From: Bacillota bacterium | GTDB lineage: Bacteria; Bacillota; Clostridia; Christensenellales; CAG-138 | Direction of reading: 5' to 3' | Assembly (NCBI GenBank): GCA_023409435.1 | Contig: JAEYHP010000087.1 | Coordinates: 12,961-76,960 of the forward strand | DNA length: 64,000 nucleotides | Part shown: one piece after another, positions 8,698 through 18,114 of the stretch | How positions within the stretch are numbered: the first letter of the stretch is position 1 | Layout: each line of letters opens with the position of its first letter | The notes under the pieces: model-generated | The model's input: the letters and a program-made list of their open reading frames with translations, nothing else | What the model was told of the DNA's origin: nothing | Database searches by the model: none | Position numbers and translations under genes: made by a program

Positions 8698-9585
8698 ATG
8701 GAAAAGAACTTTGTCATCACTACGGAATCCAATTCCGAACTCCCGTTTTCCTGGGAGGACCGGACGGGCGTACGCGTGCTGCGCATGCCTTACATCATCA
8801 ACGGAGTGGAACTCACCTATGATCTCGGCCGGGAAACCGACATTCCCGCGTTCTATGAGAAAATGCGAAACGGCGCAAACGTCGTCACCGCTCTGCGCAA
8901 CCAAAACGAAATTATTGAATATTTTGAACCTTTTTTAAAGCAGGGCAAGGACATTTTGCACATCGCGTTTTCTTCGGCGCTTTCCGGTACGTTTCACAAC
9001 GAGGTGGCGGCAGCGGCGGAGTTAAAAGAAAAATATCCCGAACGCCGCATCGAGCTTGTGGACACGCTTGCCATATCCGCTCCGCTTGCATTGCTGGTGG
9101 AGGAAGCCACCCGTATGCAGGAGGAAGGCCATACGCTGGATGAAATCCGGGATTGGGTGGAGAATAACAAGCAGCGCGCCTGCGTGCTGTTCACGGTGGA
9201 TAACCTTGAATATCTCAAGCGCGGGGGGCGCTTAAGCGGCGCGGCCGCGTTCTTTGGCACGGTGCTTGAAATCAAGCCCGTCCTGTACGAAAGCCCGGAA
9301 GGGCAGCTGGTGCCTTTGGAAAAAATCAAGGGCCGCAAGCGCGCGCTCCGCTTTTTGGTGGATCGTATTGCCGCCACAATCGATATGCCGGGGGAGCATG
9401 AAATCATCATCTGCCATGCGGATTGCATGGACGAAGCGCTTCTGCTGGAGGAAATGATCAAAGAGGCAGTTCAACCCAAGGGCGTGCGGATACACCCAGT
9501 CGGCCCCGTTATCGGCTGCCACGCCGGGCCGGGTACGCTTGCGGTCGCCTACTTCGGCAAAAGCCGCGCGCTCATCAAGGAGTAG
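8698..9585 (+). CDS. DegV family (fatty-acid-binding) protein, paralog 2
   Basis: ATG 8698 (MEKNFVITTESNSELP) follows AAAGGAG. The C-terminus has GPGTLAVAYFG. It parallels the upstream paralog (both contain YDLGRETD). Confidence 0.85.
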   Translation: MEKNFVITTESNSELPFSWEDRTGVRVLRMPYIINGVELTYDLGRETDIPAFYEKMRNGANVVTALRNQNEIIEYFEPFLKQGKDILHIAFSSALSGTFHNEVAAAAELKEKYPERRIELVDTLAISAPLALLVEEATRMQEEGHTLDEIRDWVENNKQRACVLFTVDNLEYLKRGGRLSGAAAFFGTVLEIKPVLYESPEGQLVPLEKIKGRKRALRFLVDRIAATIDMPGEHEIIICHADCMDEALLLEEMIKEAVQPKGVRIHPVGPVIGCHAGPGTLAVAYFGKSRALIKE

Positions 9586-9720
9586 CCGGATTGTCATGTG
9601 ATAAGTGTAGGGCGGCATGTTTCATGCCGCCGCAACAAATTTCTGTTCGGCGGGATGTGAGCATCCCGCCTTACTCCGGGGTATCCTATCTTGTAAACAA
9701 AAGCGAAAAGGACTTGTTGT

Positions 9721-11337
9721 ATGAAACTTGCATTTTTCGGCGCGGCGCGCACGGTAACCGGCTCCTGCCATCTGCTTTCCTGGCAAGGCGGCAAGCTTTT
9801 AGTGGATTGCGGCATGCGCCAGGGCGAGGACGCAAAGGGGATTTACGGCGAGGATACCTTCCCGTTTGATCCCAAGGAGATCAGCGCAGTGGTGCTTACC
9901 CACGCGCATATCGACCACAGCGGGCTGTTGCCGCTGCTGGTAAAGCGCGGGTTTTCCGGCCCCATACTCTGCACGGAAGCCACGGCGCAGCTTTGCACCA
10001 TCATGCTGCCGGACAGCGCGCATATCCAGATGCAGGAAGCAGAATGGCAGACAAGGAAAAACATGCGCGCGGGCAAGCCCGCCGTGGAGCCGCTCTACGA
10101 TATCGATGACGCGCAGAATGCGCTGAAACTTTATCGCGGCATTTCCTACGACGAGGCGGTGCAGCTCTTCCCGGACGTCAAGGTCCGCTTAAAAAACATC
10201 GGCCATCTGCTCGGCTCCGCAGCCGTGGAAATCTGGGTGACGGAAGGCGATAAAACCGGCAAGGTTGTGTTTTCCGGCGATGTCGGGCGTGGGGACAGGC
10301 CCATATTGGAGGATCCGGAGAATATCGACGGCGCGGATTTTGTGGTCATGGAAGGTACATATGGCGACCGCGAGCACGAAGTCAGCACCGAAGAGGATAA
10401 GGAAGCGGAGCTGGTGGAAACGCTCCGCTGCGCGCTCGCACGCGGCGGGAACATCGTCATCCCGTCGTTCGCCGTGGGCAGGACGCAGGAGCTTTTGTAC
10501 TACCTTAAGCGCATCATGCTAAAAGGCAGGCTGCCCGCGCTTGAGCATGTGCCGGTTTATATCGACAGCCCCCTGGGCATTGAAGCCACGAAGATATACG
10601 AGCGCTGCGCCGCAGGCTATTACGACGAAGAAGCGCGGGAGATGGCAAAGAGCGGCTCGCCCTTTGATTTTCCCACCCTGCGCGTGGCGCAGACGGCGGA
10701 GGAATCGAAGTTCATCAACGACGATAAAGCCAGCAAAATCATCATCTCTTCCTCGGGCATGGCAGACGCCGGGCGTATCCGCCACCACCTCAAGCACAAC
10801 CTGTACCGTGCGGACAGCACCGTGCTGTTTGTAGGCTACCAGGCGGTGGGCACATTGGGGCGCACGCTCGTGGACGGCGCAAAAAAGGTGAAGCTGTTCG
10901 GCGAAGAGGTGAGAGTCAACGCCAACATCGTACAGATCGAAGGGTTCTCCGGCCATGCGGGGAAGTCCGAACTCGTGGCCTGGCTGAATGGTTTTTCCCG
11001 GAAGCCGCAGCAGGTGTTCCTGATACACGGTGAAGAAGAAACGCTGCTCGCTTTCCAGGGTGTGCTTCAGGTGCAGGGGTATGCCACGGTGGTTCCGCAC
11101 TTGGGAGAATGGTATGAGCTCGAACGCGCGGGCGAAGTCGCCGCCGTGACCGTACAGCCCGAGGCTGTGGATATCAAGGGCCGGGCATACGGCTACAAGC
11201 TGCAGGAGCAGCTGCGTGCGCTGCAGACGCTTGTGGACAGGAGCCTCGTCCGCCGCTCGCCGGATATGCCGCTGAAGCTGACGATATTGGAAGCCGACCT
11301 GAAAACGCTGACCGAGAAGTGGGAAGGGTTGATTTAA
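9721..11337 (+). CDS. MBL-fold metallo-hydrolase of the beta-CASP (RNA-metabolising) type
   Basis: 538 aa with the HxHxDH motif (THAHIDHSGLLP) and a beta-CASP-like middle region. This looks like the CPSF/Ysh1-like bacterial family rather than RNase J. Confidence 0.8.
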   Translation: MKLAFFGAARTVTGSCHLLSWQGGKLLVDCGMRQGEDAKGIYGEDTFPFDPKEISAVVLTHAHIDHSGLLPLLVKRGFSGPILCTEATAQLCTIMLPDSAHIQMQEAEWQTRKNMRAGKPAVEPLYDIDDAQNALKLYRGISYDEAVQLFPDVKVRLKNIGHLLGSAAVEIWVTEGDKTGKVVFSGDVGRGDRPILEDPENIDGADFVVMEGTYGDREHEVSTEEDKEAELVETLRCALARGGNIVIPSFAVGRTQELLYYLKRIMLKGRLPALEHVPVYIDSPLGIEATKIYERCAAGYYDEEAREMAKSGSPFDFPTLRVAQTAEESKFINDDKASKIIISSSGMADAGRIRHHLKHNLYRADSTVLFVGYQAVGTLGRTLVDGAKKVKLFGEEVRVNANIVQIEGFSGHAGKSELVAWLNGFSRKPQQVFLIHGEEETLLAFQGVLQVQGYATVVPHLGEWYELERAGEVAAVTVQPEAVDIKGRAYGYKLQEQLRALQTLVDRSLVRRSPDMPLKLTILEADLKTLTEKWEGLI

Positions 11338-11344
11338 AGATATG

Positions 11345-11400
11345 GGTCCTTAGGGTCGTTACGACCCTAAGCGGGGTTTGGGGCGGAGCCCCAACGTAAT
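11345..11400 (+). repeat. Bipartite intergenic hairpin repeat, copy C
   Basis: Hairpin 1 is CTTAGGGTCG-TT-ACGACCCTAAG. Then GGTTTGGGGC-GGA-GCCCCAACGTA, which shares the GGTTTGG...CCAACGTA frame with the reverse complement of 48141-48170. Confidence 0.55.
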
Positions 11401-11407
11401 CTACTTC

Positions 11408-11433
11408 AAAGCGGCATCTGCCGCTTTCTTTCC
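11408..11433 (+). terminator. Probable terminator downstream of the beta-CASP gene
   Basis: AGCGGC-ATCT-GCCGCT followed by the T-rich TTCTTTCC. The U-tract is weak. Confidence 0.45.
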
Positions 11434-11448
11434 AGGAGGAATTTATTT

Positions 11449-11946
11449 ATGCAGCCCATCCGAGCAGCCATCCTAATACTAAGCGACAAGGCCTTCCGCG
11501 GCGAGCGCGAGGACAAAAGCGGCCCCACGCTCAAAGGGATTTTGGAAACTTGCGCGGATGTCGTGTCTGTCGCCATACTGCCGGACGAAAAAGATCAGAT
11601 TGCGGACTATCTGCGCAATGCCTGCGACGGCGGAGCGGTGGATGTGCTGTTTACCAGCGGCGGCACCGGCCTTGCCCCGCGGGACGTCACGCCCGAGGCG
11701 ACGCTGAGCGTAATTGAACGTTCGGTCCCCGGCATCCCCGAGGCCATACGCGCGTACAGCATGCAAAAAACGAACCGCGCCATGCTCTCTAGAGGGATAG
11801 CGGGCGTACGCGGACGGACGCTTATCATCAACCTGCCCGGCAGCCCAAAGGCGGTGGCGGAGTGCATGGAGGTCATATTGCCCGTGCTCGCCCACGCGGT
11901 GGAAACGCTGCGCGGGGATACGTACGAGTGTGCGCGCCCACAGTAA
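11449..11946 (+). CDS. MogA/MoaB family molybdenum cofactor biosynthesis protein
   Basis: 165 aa with the SGGTGLAPRDVTPEAT motif of MoCF_biosynth domains. AGGAGGA RBS. Confidence 0.8.
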   Translation: MQPIRAAILILSDKAFRGEREDKSGPTLKGILETCADVVSVAILPDEKDQIADYLRNACDGGAVDVLFTSGGTGLAPRDVTPEATLSVIERSVPGIPEAIRAYSMQKTNRAMLSRGIAGVRGRTLIINLPGSPKAVAECMEVILPVLAHAVETLRGDTYECARPQ

Positions 11947-11951
11947 AATAA

Positions 11952-13001
11952 CTATTGCAGCAGCAGCAGATTTTCCGGAGCAAGGGAGACAGAAATGACG
12001 TCGCCCGGATTCAGCCCCTGCGCTTCAACTTTCGGAAGTTCCATGCGGATGCGGGAAAAATCCGTATCCTCTTTCGCGGTTTCAGGCCGCAGCGTTACAA
12101 TGCTACCGAATACATCCTCCACAACGCGCAGAATACGGCAGGGGAGCAAGTTCTCCCGGCCGTTTTTTTGTACATAGTGCGAGCGGATACCCACATACCT
12201 GGTTCCGGTAGGGATATCCACGGCGGCAGTAAGCGATACCCCCCAGTCCGAAGCAAGCAGGCGGCGCTCGCCCTCCGGTATGACGCGGGAATAGTTTTTG
12301 CAGCCCGAAAGCAGGGCGGCGGAAAGCGTGCGCGGCCGCGCAAACAGCTCGCGTACGGGAAGCGGTTCCTCGCTTTTGCCGTCATTGATGAGGCAGACGG
12401 TGCTGCAAAGCCTGTACACCTCGTCCCGGTTGTGGGAAACGAACAGCGTCGTGCCGGGGAAAGCTTCGAGCGTATTCTGCAGTTCCTGCTCCAATTGCCA
12501 GCGTAAATAGCTGTCCAAGGCCGAAAACGGCTCGTCCAGCAGTAAAAGCTTGGGTTCGCTTGCGAATATCCGGGCGAGCGCCACGCGCTGCTGCTGCCCG
12601 CCGGAAAGCTCTCCAGGGAATTTTTCTTCCATACCGGTCAGGTAAAAGCTTTTGATCTTTTCCTCCACCTTTTGCGCCCGTTCGGCCTTTGCCACATGGC
12701 GGATACCTGCCCCGATATTCTGACACACCGTCATATGCGGGAACAGCGCGTAGCTTTGGAACAGGTACCCCACCCGCCGCTGCTGCGGAGGCAGATCGAT
12801 GCGCGCTTTCGAATCGAATAGTACCCGGCCGTCCAGCACAATGCGGCCTTCGTCCGGCTTCACAATTCCAGCGATGCATTTGAGCGTCATGCTTTTTCCG
12901 CAACCGGACGCGCCCAAAAGCGCGAACAGTTCATTCTGCGCCGCAAACTGCACGCTCAGACGGAAACTGCCCAATCGTTTTTTGATATCGACCTCAAGCA
13001 T
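11952..13001 (-). CDS. modC: Molybdate ABC transporter ATP-binding protein
   Basis: Walker A GASGCGKS, signature LSGGQQQR, and a C-terminal TOBE-like extension. Overlaps the modB stop, in operon with modA and modB. Confidence 0.85.
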   Translation of the reverse strand: MLEVDIKKRLGSFRLSVQFAAQNELFALLGASGCGKSMTLKCIAGIVKPDEGRIVLDGRVLFDSKARIDLPPQQRRVGYLFQSYALFPHMTVCQNIGAGIRHVAKAERAQKVEEKIKSFYLTGMEEKFPGELSGGQQQRVALARIFASEPKLLLLDEPFSALDSYLRWQLEQELQNTLEAFPGTTLFVSHNRDEVYRLCSTVCLINDGKSEEPLPVRELFARPRTLSAALLSGCKNYSRVIPEGERRLLASDWGVSLTAAVDIPTGTRYVGIRSHYVQKNGRENLLPCRILRVVEDVFGSIVTLRPETAKEDTDFSRIRMELPKVEAQGLNPGDVISVSLAPENLLLLQ

Positions 13002-13674
13002 CCTGCACCGCCCGTTTCTTTGCGCGCTCCTGGTAGCCCGCCCAATAGTTCATCAGCATCAGCATCAAAAACGAAATCGCCATGATGATGGCGACCCACA
13101 GGTACGCCCTTTCCCGGTTGTTGCCCTGCACGGCGGAATAGATGGCGAGCGACATGGTCTGCGTCCTTCCCGGTATGTTGCCCGCGAGCATTGCCGTCGC
13201 GCCAAACTCGCCCAAGGCCCGGGCAAAGGCAAGCACCGTCCCCGCCGCGACGCCGGGCCAGCAGGAGGGAAGTATGATCGAAAAGAATATGCGGAGCTCC
13301 GGAATGCCCAGCGTGCGGGCCGCGTAGACGAGCGTCTGGTCCATCTGCTCAAACGCGCCGCGCGCCGTGCGGTACATCAGCGGAAACGAGACGACTGCGG
13401 AGGCGATGACGGCGCCCTCCCAGGTGAACACCACCGTTAGGGCAAGTTTTTCGAGCGTCTGGCCTAAGAGGCCGTTTTTGCCGAACAGCAGCAGCAGGAA
13501 AAAGCCGACCACCGTGGGGGGCAGCACCATGGGCAAAGTAAACAGGCCGTCGATCAGGCCCTTAAAACGCCGCAGCTTCACGACCTTCCAGGCCGCGAAC
13601 AAACCGAGAAAAAACGTCAGAACAGTAGCGGTAAGCGCCACCTTCATGGAAATGTACAGCGGGGAAAGATCCAT
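12994..13674 (-). CDS. modB: Molybdate ABC transporter permease
   Basis: 226 aa with 5-6 TM segments and an EAA-like loop (YAARTLGIPELRIFFSIILP). Sits between modA and modC. Confidence 0.85.
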   Translation of the reverse strand: MDLSPLYISMKVALTATVLTFFLGLFAAWKVVKLRRFKGLIDGLFTLPMVLPPTVVGFFLLLLFGKNGLLGQTLEKLALTVVFTWEGAVIASAVVSFPLMYRTARGAFEQMDQTLVYAARTLGIPELRIFFSIILPSCWPGVAAGTVLAFARALGEFGATAMLAGNIPGRTQTMSLAIYSAVQGNNRERAYLWVAIIMAISFLMLMLMNYWAGYQERAKKRAVQDA

Positions 13675-13790
13675 AATTGTTCCTCCCTGTGTATCGAAGT
13701 AGAAGTGCCCGGCAGTTTCCTGTCGGGCACAAGCATATCATGTTATCGTCCTTTGATAAAGCCCGCAATCAGGACAAGCCCGATTTTGAG

Positions 13791-14642
13791 TTAGCCGTTG
13801 TAGATGGCGAAGCCCGCGGCTTCGAAGGCGGCGGTGGCTTCCGGGCCGGAGAGGTAGTCTAAAAACGCCTTGGCTTCGTCCGGATGCGCCGCGTTCTTCA
13901 GTACAGCGGCGGGGTAGACGACGGGCTTGTGGCTGCCTTCCGGCGCTTCGGCAACGATCTTCACAAGATCGGTCGTGGCGGCGTCGGTCGCATAGACGAT
14001 ACCGCAGTCCACATCGCCGGATTCCACCCAGGAGAGTACATTGCGCACGTCTGTGCCGAAGTTTGCCTTGGCCTTTACCGCGTCCCAGGTGCCAAGCGTG
14101 GTGTAGATTTCCTCGGTGTACTGGCCGACAGGAACGGACGCTTCGCCTACGGCGACAAGTTTCACCTTATCGGTGGTAACGTCTTCAAAGCTTGCGATTC
14201 CCTTGTCGCTGTTCGCGGGAACGATAAGCACCACCTTGTTGACGAGCATGCTTTTGATGGTATCGTCAGCGGTAAGCCCCTTGTCCTTCAATGCCGTCAT
14301 CTGCTTCTGCGCGGCGGAAAAGAACAGGTCCGCGGGCGCGCCTTCCTCGATCTGCGTCTGCAGGGTGCCGGAGGAGCCGAAGTTGAATGTCAGCGTGACA
14401 TTGGGTGCTACGGCCTTGTAGCCGTCCCCAATCTCCGCCAGTACGTCGGTCAGGCTTGCGGCGGCGGAAACGAACAGCTCCACGGGTTCGGGTTCGGGTG
14501 TCGGCTCGGGCGTGGGTTCCGGGGTTGCGGTTGCAGCCACTGTGGGTACCGGGGTGGGTGTGGCGGCCGGCGCGGGTGCTGCGCATGCGCAAACGAACAG
14601 CATCAGTGCGAGCAGCAGGGTAAATACAGCAGTGCGTTTCAT
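13791..14642 (-). CDS. modA: Molybdate ABC transporter substrate-binding lipoprotein
   Basis: Start at ATG 14642 (MKRTAVFTLLLALMLFVCACA, a lipobox) after GGAGGA. A Pro/Thr/Glu-rich linker precedes the ModA-like body (FNFGSSGTL). Confidence 0.85.
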   Translation of the reverse strand: MKRTAVFTLLLALMLFVCACAAPAPAATPTPVPTVAATATPEPTPEPTPEPEPVELFVSAAASLTDVLAEIGDGYKAVAPNVTLTFNFGSSGTLQTQIEEGAPADLFFSAAQKQMTALKDKGLTADDTIKSMLVNKVVLIVPANSDKGIASFEDVTTDKVKLVAVGEASVPVGQYTEEIYTTLGTWDAVKAKANFGTDVRNVLSWVESGDVDCGIVYATDAATTDLVKIVAEAPEGSHKPVVYPAAVLKNAAHPDEAKAFLDYLSGPEATAAFEAAGFAIYNG

Positions 14643-14715
14643 GGATTGTCCTCCTTCTGATTTTGGAATATATCGCAAAAGCATTCGCTTTGCTTACGCA
14701 AGGAGTAATCTTGAG

Positions 14716-15735
14716 CTACTTTCTTCCGAAAAAGCAGATGGGGAAATGGCAGACTTCGCAGTTCAGACAGAAGCCGCCTTCGCCGGTATCCCGCATATCG
14801 GCCTCCTCAATGCGTTCGCCCGCGAAGATGCGGGGGAGGAATATGTCCAGGCTGGTAGTTTTTGCGTGTATGGCAGCGCTTGGGATGCCGATGAGCGGGA
14901 CATCCCCTAAGTATGCGATGGTGAGCATATTGCCCGGCTGCAAGGGCACTCCCTGGGAGACAAGCCTTGCCCCGCTTTGCCGAATGGCGGTGGGTGTCAG
15001 GTCGTCTGGGTCCACGCTCATGCCGCCGGTAAACAGCACAAGCTCTGCACCCTTTTCTATAAACCCCAAAAGCGCTTCCAATATGGGGGGCAGTTCATCC
15101 GGACACTTGACTGCGCCCAATAGTTCCGCACCAAACGCGGAAAGCTTTTGGCGCAGCACCGGTTCAAATGCGTCCGGCCTGCGGCCATAATAGATTTCGC
15201 CGCCGGTGATAATGATGCCGGTCTTGAGCGGACGATAGGGCTTTATGCAAAACAGCGGCGCATATGCTCGGGCGATGCGGACAGCCTCTTCCACGTTTTT
15301 CCGTTTGGTCACAAGCGGCACGATACGGACGCCCGCAAACTGTGCGCCGCTTTTGATGGGCATATGATCGGGCAGGCTCGCAATGGTGTAATCCGGTACA
15401 CGGTTTAGACGCAGCAGGCCCTCGCCATTCACGCGCAGCAGCCCGTCGATTTCCGCCCGCAGCACAAATTTGCCCTGGGAAGGGCCGGAATACGAGACGT
15501 TTGGGCCGATTGCCGCCTCTGTTATAAGCTGCGCCGCTTCCTCCTCGTGCACCTCGTCCGCTTCCGGGTCCCATACGAATACGTGCGCTTTTCCGATATC
15601 CATGAGCTTTTCCACATCCCCCGCCTGGAGGATATGGCCCCTCTTATAGAGAGGCCCCTGCTTCCCGTCTGCAATTGCGGTAATATCGTGGCATAATTCG
15701 TGCCCTACCGCGTCCTGTGTACGGAGCTTTTTCAT
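14716..15735 (-). CDS. Molybdopterin-binding domain protein with a C-terminal CX2CX2CX4C tail
   Basis: 339 aa with a MoCF_biosynth-like core (GGMSVDPDDLTP). The C-terminus is FCLNCEVCHFPICFFGRK. Confidence 0.65.
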   Translation of the reverse strand: MKKLRTQDAVGHELCHDITAIADGKQGPLYKRGHILQAGDVEKLMDIGKAHVFVWDPEADEVHEEEAAQLITEAAIGPNVSYSGPSQGKFVLRAEIDGLLRVNGEGLLRLNRVPDYTIASLPDHMPIKSGAQFAGVRIVPLVTKRKNVEEAVRIARAYAPLFCIKPYRPLKTGIIITGGEIYYGRRPDAFEPVLRQKLSAFGAELLGAVKCPDELPPILEALLGFIEKGAELVLFTGGMSVDPDDLTPTAIRQSGARLVSQGVPLQPGNMLTIAYLGDVPLIGIPSAAIHAKTTSLDIFLPRIFAGERIEEADMRDTGEGGFCLNCEVCHFPICFFGRK

Positions 15736-15885
15736 CGTTCCCTCTTCTTGATGTAATGCCTTGTTAGTATAATATCATTATTCTCGCTTGAGGACAACGA
15801 TATATTCTCGCAATATAAAATATTAGCGTAAGCAGAAGAGCCGCCCATATTCACGGACGGCTCTTTTATGAACGGCGGAATAGCT

Positions 15886-16905
15886 CTATGCTCTTGCAGA
15901 GGGGTTGCGCATCTCATACAATTCCTGCGCGCGAAGCGCAATATACTCGGCCAGCTCAAGCCTGCTTTCCCAATCGGCGGGAAGTTCAAACTGGCCCGCT
16001 GCGCCCAGCAGATTTCCGCAGATCGCGCCGGTGGAGTCGCTGTCCCCGTCGTGGTTGACCGCTAAAATCAGCCCGCGCGTAAAGCTTTTGGCTTTTAATG
16101 CGCAGTAGAGCGCAATGGCCAAAGCTTCCTCCGCGATCCATCCTAAGCCAAGCATGCGTATGGCGTGCTCGGCATTCAGGCTGCCGGATGCAAGCTCCAG
16201 CGCCCGCTCAATTGCGGCGGTGGTCTCCTCGTGGTTTTCATAGCGCCTGAGGTAACGCAGCGCCTCCGCAGTGGCCTGCAATATGGTGCGTTCGTTTTGC
16301 AGCAGCGCAATGATGGCGGCAAGCGCGCCCGCCGCCAGGTAGCCCGTCGGGTGCCCATGGGTGATGGCTGCCGCTTCCGCGCCGATGCGGAAGGCGTAGG
16401 CGGGATCGTTCCATAAAAACAGACCCACCGGCGCTGTGCGCATGATGCCGCCGCAGCCCTTGCTGTTGTTGACCGGGTGCGTCATGGTACCCATAGCGCC
16501 GCCCAGGAGCGCATTCAAACAGGTGGAGCCGGGAGCGCGCCGGAAGAACAGCGCCTTTTCTGCGAGTATGCCGCCATTCTTTTCATGGGGCTGTAAATCG
16601 AGTATTTCCGGATGCGAGGTCTTTCCCGTTTGCGTATACAGCCACCGCAGGTAGGAGGGATACAAGCCCGAAAGATAGGGCGTGGAGCGTTCGTGCGCCC
16701 AAAGGAGGCCGTCAAGCGTAAACAGCGTCATCTGTGTATCATCGGAAATAAGGGCCTTCTGCGTCCTGCTCTCCAATTGGAGCTCGGTAATGCCCATGCG
16801 GCCAAACCAGCTTTGGATTTGGCCCATATCCATAAACTCCACCGTGTAGCCGAGCGCATCGCCCATTGCCCCGCCCAGCAGGCAGGCTGTGAAACGGTCT
16901 TTCAT
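15886..16905 (-). CDS. ADP-ribosylglycohydrolase family protein
   Basis: 339 aa. N-terminal LLGGAMGDALGYTVEF and C-terminal HDGDSDSTGAICGNLLGA are typical ARH/DraG motifs. Confidence 0.8.
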   Translation of the reverse strand: MKDRFTACLLGGAMGDALGYTVEFMDMGQIQSWFGRMGITELQLESRTQKALISDDTQMTLFTLDGLLWAHERSTPYLSGLYPSYLRWLYTQTGKTSHPEILDLQPHEKNGGILAEKALFFRRAPGSTCLNALLGGAMGTMTHPVNNSKGCGGIMRTAPVGLFLWNDPAYAFRIGAEAAAITHGHPTGYLAAGALAAIIALLQNERTILQATAEALRYLRRYENHEETTAAIERALELASGSLNAEHAIRMLGLGWIAEEALAIALYCALKAKSFTRGLILAVNHDGDSDSTGAICGNLLGAAGQFELPADWESRLELAEYIALRAQELYEMRNPSARA

Positions 16906-17034
16906 CGAAGCCCCTCACCTGCAATATATGCTAAAATATTACATTCAATATAGCACCCGTTTTCTTTGCCTTCAATACCGTATTGGAAAATATATGAATT
17001 TCTATGCAGGTTTTATCCACAGGGACATTGCTAT

Positions 17035-17066
17035 ATAAAAAATGCCCGGCATTGGCCGGGCATTTT
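17035..17066 (-). terminator. Bidirectional-looking terminator downstream of the cotF-like gene
   Basis: ATGCCCGGC-ATTG-GCCGGGCAT, flanked by an A-run on one side and a T-run on the other. Confidence 0.65.
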
Positions 17067-17098
17067 GTAAGATAGGGGCTTTTTGTCCAGCTGCCGGG

Positions 17099-17488
17099 CT
17101 ATTTGCCCTTGCCGCCGCCGGGCGTATGGAGGGCCGTCGTATCCAGGTTGTTCCATGTGTTGCTGGAATTGCCCATGCCGCCCATACCGCCGGAGCCACC
17201 GGAACTTCCGGAGGAGGCCTGCTGCGCGTAGGTGCTCTTGATCTGATTCACCTTGTCCTGCTGAGCAGGGTTAACGGGGTAAAAGCCGCGTTTTTGCATA
17301 TCGTTGAATACGTCGAACTGAATGCTGTGCTCATCGTTGAGAATATCCAGCATCACCTTGCGTACCTGAGGGTTCGCGCACTCGTTGGAGTAGCTGTTGA
17401 ACATCCCCGTTATATGCTTTTGCGATTCGAGCGCATCGTGAAGGACTTCCTTTTCGGTAAAGCAATTGCTTCCGCTGTTGTTGTTCAT
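17099..17488 (-). CDS. Spore coat protein, CotF-like (Coat_F domain)
   Basis: 129 aa with a Coat_F-like core (EKEVLHDALESQKHITGMFNSYSNECANPQVRKVMLDILNDEH) and a Gly/Ser-rich tail. AAGGAGGAA RBS. Confidence 0.75.
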   Translation of the reverse strand: MNNNSGSNCFTEKEVLHDALESQKHITGMFNSYSNECANPQVRKVMLDILNDEHSIQFDVFNDMQKRGFYPVNPAQQDKVNQIKSTYAQQASSGSSGGSGGMGGMGNSSNTWNNLDTTALHTPGGGKGK

Positions 17489-17500
17489 AGTTGTTCCTCC

Positions 17501-17683
17501 TTAGAGTTGGCTGTACAGCTTGTCAAAGTGTTCCTGATGCTTCTGCGCAATGCTCTGCATCTTTTGCTTGACTGCTTGATCCGTTGCGGTCTCGGCGAGT
17601 TTATTGTATTTTTTCACCAACAACTCTTCAAAGCCCAACAAATCGCCTAACGCGGATAGTTCTTTGTCCGTTAAATTGCTCAT
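17501..17683 (-). CDS. Small helical protein co-transcribed with the CotF-like coat protein
   Basis: 60 aa, AAAGGAGG RBS, stop 12 nt before the cotF-like start. No family recognised. Confidence 0.5.
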   Translation of the reverse strand: MSNLTDKELSALGDLLGFEELLVKKYNKLAETATDQAVKQKMQSIAQKHQEHFDKLYSQL

Positions 17684-18114
17684 AGCGAGTAAGACCTCCT
17701 TTTGAAGTTTGATCTTAGTATTTGATGCTTGCTTACGCGCTATGCGAAAAAAGGCCAGTCAACAAAGACCACATTTGACAAATAAGAAGAATTTAATAAA
17801 CGGTCGATTAATTCTGTTTTGAATGGGGCCAGTCGACCAATACAATATAAGCAGGGATATCACATCAAAAAAAACTTTGGGGGTCCGGGGCCGCAGCCCC
17901 GGAGGCTTCCAACCGCCGAAGAGCGACATGTGCGGTGGCGGCGGAAAGTCTTGCGTCGCAAGGCTATCCTTGCAGGAACAATCGGTCCTCGGCGGGAGAC
18001 GCCTCGGACACTAGGCCTGTGGGCCGTCGCCGTCACCGTAAGGGCACAGGTTGTTCCTGTAATCCTCGAAAAAGTGTCGTAAGGCACTTTTTCGAAAAAG
18101 AAAATGGAGAGCAT

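Noticed and set aside
7764-8786. 340-aa ORF on the - strand
   Set aside because: It is antisense to the first DegV gene. It has no RBS or family features and the biased composition of an antisense frame.
15736-15885. Moco (molybdenum cofactor) riboswitch upstream of the molybdopterin-binding/mod operon
   Set aside because: The spacer is only about 150 nt and is AT-rich. It holds a promoter-like TTGTCC, 17 nt, TATTAT and a terminator-like hairpin belonging to the upstream gene. There is no extended conserved-looking structure.
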